Below are positions 6,773 through 14,452 of a DNA stretch of 30,112 bases, piece by piece; the first letter of the stretch is position 1, and each line of letters opens with the position of its first letter. A model generated the notes under the pieces. That model did not search any database and had not been told where the DNA came from. It worked only from the letters and a program-made list of their open reading frames with translations. The stretch lies in IMG/VR virus record IMGVR_UViG_3300030372_001278, positions 1 to 30,112 of that record; one strand, 5' to 3'. Origin of the DNA: a virus. Taxonomy: Duplodnaviria > Caudoviricetes. Position numbers and translations under genes: made by a program.

Positions 6773-7987
6773 TTACCTGATAACATTTATTTTACTCCAC
6801 TTATCCTTTCCACCCAAAACTAAGGTTAGGATTCCTGACTCACTATTACCTCCATAAACATTGTCAAACCATTGTGATCCATTGTCTAAACTTGGAGCTG
6901 TTGCAATCATTCTTCCACCACCTGCATCAAATACAGAAAAAGAATGAAAATGCCCCATTAATAATACATCTGTATCTGCTACCATTGATCTAGCTAAAGA
7001 TTGATTTGCTAACCATGTCTTAGATTTTGCTTGATGATTCGTACCGCGTCTCATTTGATGCCCATGTGCCAGAGTTATTACAGTATCATACATTTCAAAG
7101 GTTAAACTTAAATCGTTTTCTGGAATAATAAAATCTAGTTTCTTTTTAAAAGCTGGAGATTCTTTGAATATTTCTGATAATTCTTCTCCCAACATAACAT
7201 CTTTATTATCGCCAAATGTTGTGTAAGATTTACCATTTTTACGCTGCTCGCCATGATTGCCAGCAATAAAAGCAACTGTTCCTTTATCAAACATTGGTGT
7301 TAATTCTTTTATCATTGTATAAATCATTCTTCTTGCTACTTTTTGTTGTTGCCTAGCATCTAAAACTGTTGTAAATTCTTGTTGTGGATAAAAACCACTG
7401 CAGCCTTCTACAATATCGCCTAAACCCGCAAACAATATCTCTGAAATAGGTTCTGTTCTTCTTATATCCTTTATTTCTTGTTTGATCTTAGGTATTGCAT
7501 TCATCCATTTCTCAACTGTTTTTTCTGTTCCCTCTTTACCGATCTGAAGATCAGATATGCATACACAATAAACTCTACCTTTTTTCAGTTTTTTCTTTTC
7601 AAAAGGTTTTATCTTCTTTGTTCCACTAAGTAATTTTTGGAAGTCATCATCAGCCATAAACCTCACAGATGAGACTATTTTTGCTTTGAAATAATAGAAT
7701 CTTTCTACATTACCTGCGCCCATGTTATTATCCCAAAAGCGAATCTCTGCACTTCCGGGCACTACTTGATATTTGTGTGCGTCTTTACCAAAGTAAGATT
7801 CAAGTTGTTCTTCCCAATTTACATCATTTGTTTTTTGTGGAGAAGAGGTTATCTCTCCTGATTTTGTTTTTTCTGAATATTGTATGCCGGGCTCATAACC
7901 CTGTGGATGTATTCTTTTTCTCCGAACATAAGGAGATTTATCATATACAGTTTGTTTATACTTCTCTAGATCACTTGATTCTACCAT
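6773..7987 (-). CDS. Calcineurin-like metallophosphoesterase / nuclease
   Basis: SDLQ, GDIVEG, GNHG, HGH, GHFH metal-binding motifs. Confidence 0.85.
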   Translation of the reverse strand: MVESSDLEKYKQTVYDKSPYVRRKRIHPQGYEPGIQYSEKTKSGEITSSPQKTNDVNWEEQLESYFGKDAHKYQVVPGSAEIRFWDNNMGAGNVERFYYFKAKIVSSVRFMADDDFQKLLSGTKKIKPFEKKKLKKGRVYCVCISDLQIGKEGTEKTVEKWMNAIPKIKQEIKDIRRTEPISEILFAGLGDIVEGCSGFYPQQEFTTVLDARQQQKVARRMIYTMIKELTPMFDKGTVAFIAGNHGEQRKNGKSYTTFGDNKDVMLGEELSEIFKESPAFKKKLDFIIPENDLSLTFEMYDTVITLAHGHQMRRGTNHQAKSKTWLANQSLARSMVADTDVLLMGHFHSFSVFDAGGGRMIATAPSLDNGSQWFDNVYGGNSESGILTLVLGGKDKWSKINVIR

Positions 7988-8222
7988 ACCTATAATCCCT
8001 AAAGTATCGCCTTACTGTGTTGTAATGAAGATGTTGAAACTTTTTAAAGTTATCAACTAAATATTGAGCTGCAATAGTATCAGAAATGTATTTTTCTTGT
8101 GCCTCTTTAGCTACTTTTAAGAATATAGATCTAGCCTCTTTATCTTTTAAGATAAATCGTTTACTAGCATATTGTCCTGATACGCCACCCTGTTTGGTGT
8201 TAAAATCTTCAAGAGATTCCAT
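7971..8222 (-). CDS. Hypothetical protein, possible HTH
   Basis: 83 aa; DTIAAQYL...HYNTVRRY; overlaps the phosphoesterase start. Confidence 0.65.
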   Translation of the reverse strand: MESLEDFNTKQGGVSGQYASKRFILKDKEARSIFLKVAKEAQEKYISDTIAAQYLVDNFKKFQHLHYNTVRRYFRDYRYGRIK

Positions 8223-8237
8223 GTGGTTAGTATAACC
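8223..8237 (-). promoter_or_regulatory. Leaderless-type promoter (-10 six bases before ATG)
   Basis: GGT-TATACT-AACCAC-ATG; no SD. Confidence 0.45.
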
Positions 8238-8249
8238 AAGAATTAGTGT

Positions 8250-8603
8250 TTAACTAGGTTTTGGATTATCTGTTTTGACTTTTTTAATAGCTTTGTACCA
8301 TACACCAGTTTTATCTAATTTGCCACTATCAATATCCCAATACAATTGATCTAATTGATCGCCAATACTTATGTAAGACCTTTGTCTATCATCTATATAA
8401 CCAAACTGCTGCTTATTCCATCTATCATTAGTCCAATCAATTTTGACTTGTTCGTAATCTGCATTAGTTTTTTCAGCTCTGACTACTTCTCCTGTTTTCG
8501 CATCAACTGATTGATTAATCATACCATCGCCACCATTAACAGTTTTAATAGCCTCAACTTCTGCATCTACTTCTGATGTAATCTGTTCTTTAGTTTTTGC
8601 CAT
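8250..8603 (-). CDS. Tail-fibre-associated small protein (chaperone-like)
   Basis: C-terminal RQRSY..IGDQLDQLYWD...WYKAIKKVKTDNPK motif, commonly seen after fibre genes in marine phages. Confidence 0.6.
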   Translation of the reverse strand: MAKTKEQITSEVDAEVEAIKTVNGGDGMINQSVDAKTGEVVRAEKTNADYEQVKIDWTNDRWNKQQFGYIDDRQRSYISIGDQLDQLYWDIDSGKLDKTGVWYKAIKKVKTDNPKPS

Positions 8604-8634
8604 ATTTTTTTCCTTTCTTTATGTTATCACTTTT

Positions 8635-9159
8635 CTAAGTAATCTTTAAACCATACAAAATAAATCGCCCTGATGCTATGTTTCCAGAGGCATAAGAAAA
8701 GTTAACTCCATCAACTGTTCTTAGTTCTTTATTTACACCGCCTCCAGCTGTTGATCCTGTGATCCCTATTGCATTTGTAAAACTGTTCTCAATAGTTGTG
8801 TAAGTGTATTCATCTGAATTAGTTGCATTAAATATATGGATCACACCATTCATTTTTTCTTGTGTACCTGTACCATTTAAAATATCCCACCTAAAAAAAG
8901 TTTCACTAGATCTTGTTATTGATCCTATACCATTCTGTAATATTTCCCTTGCAACTGCAAAATATGATGAATCAGATGTGGCACTTCCGGAAACAGTAAA
9001 TTTTGTTTTAAATTCTTGAGCATCTGAACTTGGTGTTGATCCTACAATAATAACTTTAAAAACATCATAGGTGCTTGAGATACCAGTTAAAGAAACGCTA
9101 CTTGTTGGACTTGAAACAGTTGTATCAACAAGTTTAACAAATGATCTTTTATTAGCCAT
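8635..9159 (-). CDS. Tail-tip/receptor-binding-like paralog C'
   Basis: TVSSPTSSVSLTGI, YDVFKV, IFNATNSDEYTY, DGVNF..SGNIASGRFILYG; closest to 10309..10815. Confidence 0.65.
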   Translation of the reverse strand: MANKRSFVKLVDTTVSSPTSSVSLTGISSTYDVFKVIIVGSTPSSDAQEFKTKFTVSGSATSDSSYFAVAREILQNGIGSITRSSETFFRWDILNGTGTQEKMNGVIHIFNATNSDEYTYTTIENSFTNAIGITGSTAGGGVNKELRTVDGVNFSYASGNIASGRFILYGLKIT

Positions 9160-9680
9160 TAATCAACTCCAAAAATGTTTGCTTCAATATAATTCATGGT
9201 ATTACTTCCCTGAGCAAATAGTCTTAATCCTGATAACTGTTCAGTAGATTTATGAACTGATGCACCTTTTATTCCTGCACCCCCATAACCTTTGACTTGA
9301 CTTGATATATCATGAGTTGCGAATGTATATGAAGAGCTGTCATAAGGAGAAAAAATCATAATTGTACTACTTGATGAATCATCTGGATCAGACTCTCCAT
9401 AACCAGTCAAAATTGCAGTATTGTCCACATAGTTTGTAGCGGAATAATTTGAAGTGTAACTTGTCATGTTTTCGTAGCCATAAGTGTATTCTGCTTGAGT
9501 TATCGCAGATCCTCCACTATCAAGATATTGAATCCAAAAATAAGCTGAAAGATCTGAATTTACATAAGAAATTACATTTAATTGATAAACATCATAAGCA
9601 CTTGAAAAACAGTTTGTAATGTCTAAAGCAGATAAATCATATCCACTACCTTTTTTAATAAATGATAAAGATGCACTCAT
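9159..9680 (-). CDS. Tail-tip/receptor-binding-like paralog B'
   Basis: ITNCFSSAYDVYQL, IFSPYDSSSYTF, KGASVHKST; closest to 10815..11357. Confidence 0.65.
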   Translation of the reverse strand: MSASLSFIKKGSGYDLSALDITNCFSSAYDVYQLNVISYVNSDLSAYFWIQYLDSGGSAITQAEYTYGYENMTSYTSNYSATNYVDNTAILTGYGESDPDDSSSSTIMIFSPYDSSSYTFATHDISSQVKGYGGAGIKGASVHKSTEQLSGLRLFAQGSNTMNYIEANIFGVD

Positions 9681-10312
9681 GTATAACTCCTAATTCCATA
9701 AATAGAAATGTTTCCGCTGTTAATATTATCTGAACTCATATAAAACCTAATACCACTTAAAACATTGATACCCTGATATGCACCTGCTCCATAATAGCTA
9801 CCAAAATAAGCATTTCTATCAAGTATCGCTTGTTGTTGTGTTAGGAATGTTCTACCAACAAATAAAGCGTTATACATATAAATTAAAGCATTAAAACCCT
9901 CTGGAGAATTTCCACCTATCTCTGAATTTAGTCTTAATCTGTCCAAATCTGCATCTTTGTCCTCATACTGATTACCATCTTGATACATATTTCTAAATGA
10001 TCTTGAATAATCTGAAGAGCCACTTTGAACATCTCCACCAACAATAGCTCTGAAGTTTAGATCTTTATTATCGTTAGTGTGCATATTATTCATGGTTATC
10101 AAATGCACTTGATAATTACTTCCTAGATCAGTTATATCAACAGTAGATGCGTTGCTTATAGTATTTTTAGAAATTAATTCTAACTGTCCAAAATTAGTCC
10201 ATTTATCTTCTCTATCTAATTGATAAATATCTTTAGGTGTAAAAATACCTTTATTGTCTCTAAATGACTGTGTTACTTCTTTACCTATATATCCAAATTC
10301 ACTACTCATCAT
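9677..10312 (-). CDS. Tail-tip/receptor-binding-like paralog A' (with N-terminal extension)
   Basis: GYIG...NKGIFTPKDIYQL...W..GQLELI; closest to 11359..11955. Confidence 0.65.
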   Translation of the reverse strand: MMSSEFGYIGKEVTQSFRDNKGIFTPKDIYQLDREDKWTNFGQLELISKNTISNASTVDITDLGSNYQVHLITMNNMHTNDNKDLNFRAIVGGDVQSGSSDYSRSFRNMYQDGNQYEDKDADLDRLRLNSEIGGNSPEGFNALIYMYNALFVGRTFLTQQQAILDRNAYFGSYYGAGAYQGINVLSGIRFYMSSDNINSGNISIYGIRSYT

Positions 10313-10815
10313 GCAACTACCCTAAACAATGTAAAAGTTCCACTATCAATGTTGCCACTAGACATTTTAAAATTAACCCCATCACTTGCACTTGCAACAG
10401 TATGCACAATACCACCCTGTGCTCCTGTTAAAAAAGGTGTTGCATTAAAATGGCAAGTTTCATTAGTAAAAAAACTATACTCTGAACTTGAATTAAAGTT
10501 ATAAAGATAAATTATACCCTGTGAGCTTTCACTTGTTGCAGTTCCTGTATTTCCTAAAGAAATAGCAGTTTGATTAGTTCCACTTGTATTTGAAAAAGTT
10601 GTATCTGTTCTTAAATTTTTATAAGCATAATCATATTCACTATCTGATTGTGCAGTTCCACTTTTAGTTAATTGTATTTGTAAGCCAACATTATTTGTTG
10701 CACCTACAACATTATTAAAAGCAACCATATAAACATCATCACTATCTATGCCTGTTAAAGTAACACTAGCTACTGCACTTGATACTGTATTTGTTGCTAC
10801 TTGTACTAATCCCAT
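10309..10815 (-). CDS. Tail-tip/receptor-binding-like paralog C
   Basis: TVSSAVASVTLTGI, LYNFNSSSEYSF, DGVNF..SGNIDSGTFTLF. Confidence 0.65.
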   Translation of the reverse strand: MGLVQVATNTVSSAVASVTLTGIDSDDVYMVAFNNVVGATNNVGLQIQLTKSGTAQSDSEYDYAYKNLRTDTTFSNTSGTNQTAISLGNTGTATSESSQGIIYLYNFNSSSEYSFFTNETCHFNATPFLTGAQGGIVHTVASASDGVNFKMSSGNIDSGTFTLFRVVA

Positions 10816-11357
10816 TATGAGTCAACTCTTATTCCATAAGTTCTTAAAGTTCCTGTTGTTATATTTATTGATGATGTTGATTGAAAAATTTGAAATCCTG
10901 TCATACTTGCTGATTGTTTTAAAACACCTATTGCTTTTCTAGTCCTACTAGCATTTGTAGCAATAGCACCCGAACTACTTAATTGGGCAAAAGTATAACT
11001 AGATGAACTAAAAGGATTGAAAACATACATTACTGCACTTGATGAATATGGATCAACTGCTGTGCCAACTACCCAAGCATCAGTATTTCCCAAACTTGTT
11101 GAGCCTGTTGCTCTATATTCCCCAAAGGAAATTGAATCCCCCATATCTGAAAAAGCCCAATCATAACTGCTAGCAGTTACAATAACCCCAGAACTATTAA
11201 TAAATCTTAGAACAATATTTGCATTACTTGTATCATTTGTTAAATTATTAAAAGTTACTTTGTAAATGTCATAATCTGAACTAAATACATCTGTTACACT
11301 TACTCCATTTACTGCACTTGTTATTGAAGTTTGGTTTAATAATCTTAAATTACTCAT
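10815..11357 (-). CDS. Tail-tip/receptor-binding-like paralog B
   Basis: Start ATG 11357 (MSNLRLL) just after the upstream stop; VTDVFSSDYDIYKV, VFNPFSSSSYTF, KAIGVLKQS, GTLRTYG. Confidence 0.65.
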   Translation of the reverse strand: MSNLRLLNQTSITSAVNGVSVTDVFSSDYDIYKVTFNNLTNDTSNANIVLRFINSSGVIVTASSYDWAFSDMGDSISFGEYRATGSTSLGNTDAWVVGTAVDPYSSSAVMYVFNPFSSSSYTFAQLSSSGAIATNASRTRKAIGVLKQSASMTGFQIFQSTSSINITTGTLRTYGIRVDS

Positions 11358-11358
11358 A

Positions 11359-11955
11359 TCAAATTTCTTTAACTCCAAAAAGTTTTATAGTTCCCTCTAA
11401 ATTATAACTATCAGAAAAAAACCTTATTCCATCAACTGTGCTTGTTTGTGGTAAATAACCACCACCATAATAAAAAAAGAAGTTACCACCACTAAGATTA
11501 GTAGTTTGAACTGAATAAAAACTATACTTACTTGAATTGTTTAAATTGTAGAAATATATATATCCATTTGAATTTTCACTATTTTGATTTGGTGCTATTA
11601 CCATTCTATCTGCACCTGAACTTTTAGTTTCCCCAAAAGTAGAGGGATAACCATATTGAAGTGCATATTTGTAAACACTTGCACTTTCTATAACTCCACC
11701 CTCAAAAAATCTCATATCAATATTATCATTACCCCCATTAGTTTGAATATCTATTAATTGTGCAACCATCACATCATATTTTGTTCCCTGTATAGAACTA
11801 AAATCTATTGTTTGAGTAGAACTAAAAGTTTGTGATTGTATAAGTTGTAAGCTACCACCCCAACTACCATCTTTTGTTAGTTGTAATATTTCGCTAGGTG
11901 TATATAAACCTTTGTTTTGTTTTACATTATTTGGTTGTGTACCTAAGTAAGCCAT
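11359..11955 (-). CDS. Tail-tip/receptor-binding-like paralog A (with N-terminal extension)
   Basis: AYLG...NKGLYTPSEILQL...WGGSLQLI, GTIKLFG. Confidence 0.65.
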   Translation of the reverse strand: MAYLGTQPNNVKQNKGLYTPSEILQLTKDGSWGGSLQLIQSQTFSSTQTIDFSSIQGTKYDVMVAQLIDIQTNGGNDNIDMRFFEGGVIESASVYKYALQYGYPSTFGETKSSGADRMVIAPNQNSENSNGYIYFYNLNNSSKYSFYSVQTTNLSGGNFFFYYGGGYLPQTSTVDGIRFFSDSYNLEGTIKLFGVKEI

Positions 11956-11967
11956 TAATAAACTCCT

Positions 11968-12294
11968 TTAGGTTTGTCGTAAAAATGTTACATTAAATTC
12001 TGCACTAGATGCTGCAGAACAAAGTCCTTGCAGTTTATCTCCTGTTTCAAGAGCGATTTTTGTTTGAATCTCAATAGTTGTTCCAAATGGTAATGAAACA
12101 TTGTTTAAAATGTGCCTCAATGATCCACCTGACTTGGTTACACTAAGATCAACAGTAACATCAGCACTGCTTGAACTTACATTAGATAATAATATACCTA
12201 TTGCAGTTTCAGTAGTTGATGATGGAACTGCATCAATAATATCTCCAGCACTTGTGCCTAAAACGCCTTGAACGCTGTGTAGCGTATCTGCCAT
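11968..12294 (-). CDS. Small beta-rich tail protein
   Basis: 108 aa; VPSSTT..IGILLSNV...LETGDKL pattern; follows the fibre-like gene. Confidence 0.65.
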   Translation of the reverse strand: MADTLHSVQGVLGTSAGDIIDAVPSSTTETAIGILLSNVSSSSADVTVDLSVTKSGGSLRHILNNVSLPFGTTIEIQTKIALETGDKLQGLCSAASSAEFNVTFLRQT

Positions 12295-12314
12295 TGTTTA
12301 TTTCCTTTCTTTCA

Positions 12315-13190
12315 TTACGATAAAGCCAATACTAAACCAAGTGATACTCCAGCAGCTTGAGCATTTGGATAAAGACTTAACTTACCCTCTGCACCCATAC
12401 CACTATGATTAGAACAGTAATAATAAAGAACTGAATTTGTTGATCCGCTTGTTGTTCCTGTTCCTAGAGTCTCTGGTGTTACCTCTAATTCTACATAAGC
12501 ACCTGTACCCGCTGGAGATCCATTAGTTGTTACATTTGTTGTAAACTCTGATCCTGAATTATTTGTACCATCTTTTGTTGTAGAAAATTTAAAGTTGTGT
12601 CCTGATAATGATGAATCAGATATATCAAATCGGATCTTCATTCCGAAGTAAACATCTAAAGCTGGTGTTTTTGTTCCTGATCCTGTATCTGATCCGGATA
12701 ACATATAAAATACATTTTGACTTCCAGATCCATCATCTGCTACTTTTACTGTAACATTTGTTACAAGTGCAGTAACACTAGCTAAATCAGCTATAGTTTG
12801 TGCTGTTGCTTTTTTAAGATTATTACTATCAGATATATCTCCAAAAAGTATTTCATCTCCAGATGCAATAGTTCCTGATGTAGCAGAGTTTGGGGAAACA
12901 CTAAGACTTGGTGTTCCGGAAGTTGCTCCACCAGCTAAACCTGATGTAGATCCTGTTGTAATACCCTCAATATCTCCTGTTTCTGCTGAGATCCACGCTG
13001 AGCCTGACCATGCTTTTATTAAATTTGCTGTTGTATCGTAGAATATGGTGCCTTCAACTTTATTTGTTAAAGCACTGTTTGCTGCTGTTTCACTAGCAAA
13101 TATAAAAACTAAACTGTCCTGTATGTCTTGAAATCTTGATTCTGTAACTAGATCTCCGGTAGTCCAGTCAAACCATCCACCTGCTGCCAT
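12315..13190 (-). CDS. Minor tail / fibre protein with cupredoxin-like C-terminal domain
   Basis: N-terminal WTTGDLVT...EGTIFYDT...WSGSAW as in actinophage minor tail proteins; GHNFKF and YYYCSNHSGMG; hydrophobic end GVSLGLVLALS. Confidence 0.7.
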   Translation of the reverse strand: MAAGGWFDWTTGDLVTESRFQDIQDSLVFIFASETAANSALTNKVEGTIFYDTTANLIKAWSGSAWISAETGDIEGITTGSTSGLAGGATSGTPSLSVSPNSATSGTIASGDEILFGDISDSNNLKKATAQTIADLASVTALVTNVTVKVADDGSGSQNVFYMLSGSDTGSGTKTPALDVYFGMKIRFDISDSSLSGHNFKFSTTKDGTNNSGSEFTTNVTTNGSPAGTGAYVELEVTPETLGTGTTSGSTNSVLYYYCSNHSGMGAEGKLSLYPNAQAAGVSLGLVLALS

Positions 13191-13207
13191 GTTTCTCCTT
13201 TATTTTT

Positions 13208-14452
13208 TTAAGTATAACTTATGTTTGTATCAATTCCCAACTTTGAAACTCCAAGAATCCAAGCCCCAGTTTCTGCAGGAGAAAGACCAATTCTCCAAGT
13301 CCAAGTCTTACTATTTGCATCTACAATATGTCTAATATTTTCAATAAACAAATCATAAGATTCTGTTGTTCCTGATGGTGTCAATACATTAGTTTTAACA
13401 AAAGATCCAATATCTAATCCTAAAGCTTTTGGCCATAAGGAAGTGTTTACTTGTGGTCTAAAAGACAGTTGATCAACTGATGTTTGTGGTATATCATTTT
13501 CAACAACTTTTTGATTTGCTATTGATAATACATCAGAATCCTGTATATTTAATCTACCTGTTTCTGTTCTTGAATGTGTACCAAATCTTGTTACTGAATC
13601 ATCTGAAACTGCTGATTGTTGTGATCCACCAGTTCTTGTAAGTAATACAGTATTTATGATTTTTGTATCATCATAACTAGACCTTATGTCCGAATATGGA
13701 AGATCTGATCCCCCCTGACCAAATGTAGCTTCTGGAGTTGTTGTATTAGTAAGTCTAAAGTTTCTATCTCTAAATGTTGCTTTACCATCTTTACCTATAA
13801 AAAATGTTCCATTTTCAGCTTTTTCTACCTTTTTAAGTGCAGCAAGAAGAGTATCTGTTGTGCTTTGTGTTTGTACTTGTAATTGTCCTGTTGATATTTG
13901 TTGTAAGTTATATCCAAAAGAGTTGAGTATGTTTGCAACCCTTACTGAAGATAATTCTTGTGATTGTCCGAATGCAAGTCTTGTAGTTTGTCCAAGAAGT
14001 GATGATCCAAGTTTCCATCCTATTGAGTCTAAAGTAGCATTATTAAACAACTTAAAAGCATCAATTGCTCTTATTTGTGTTGTAGAGTCATTACCCTGTA
14101 ATCCATAATTTACAGGAAAAGATTCTACAAATCCATGAAATATTTCATAAGTAGTACCTGAATAAGCAGCTTTTAGTCTTATTCTTTTTAATGGCTGTAC
14201 CTTAGTTCTGTTATTACTTGAATCAAAAAAATGTGTTGTTTGATTTGGAGAAAATCGGTTATCAGTATTATCAAGTGTAATTATTGCAGTTCCGGGCTGA
14301 AATGTATCTAAGTTTGATGATCTACCTCTTGATATTCTAAATCCTCTAAGAAAACTTGAAACATCTGTAAAAGTTTGTGAACTATCTAAAGGATCTGAAT
14401 CAAATGCTATTTCACAAGTAAGAGTTACATTACTATCAAATGATACTGACAT
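13208..14452 (-). CDS. Minor tail protein (hub/baseplate)
   Basis: Follows tape measure; ISRGR...FQPGTAIITLDN.D.RFSP, IFHGFV motifs. Confidence 0.75.
   Translation of the reverse strand: MSVSFDSNVTLTCEIAFDSDPLDSSQTFTDVSSFLRGFRISRGRSSNLDTFQPGTAIITLDNTDNRFSPNQTTHFFDSSNNRTKVQPLKRIRLKAAYSGTTYEIFHGFVESFPVNYGLQGNDSTTQIRAIDAFKLFNNATLDSIGWKLGSSLLGQTTRLAFGQSQELSSVRVANILNSFGYNLQQISTGQLQVQTQSTTDTLLAALKKVEKAENGTFFIGKDGKATFRDRNFRLTNTTTPEATFGQGGSDLPYSDIRSSYDDTKIINTVLLTRTGGSQQSAVSDDSVTRFGTHSRTETGRLNIQDSDVLSIANQKVVENDIPQTSVDQLSFRPQVNTSLWPKALGLDIGSFVKTNVLTPSGTTESYDLFIENIRHIVDANSKTWTWRIGLSPAETGAWILGVSKLGIDTNISYT

Noticed and set aside
8635-11955. Diversity-generating retroelement or invertible shufflon behind the paralog array
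   Set aside because: No reverse transcriptase or recombinase recognised, no near-identical TR/VR pair seen, and all copies share one orientation.
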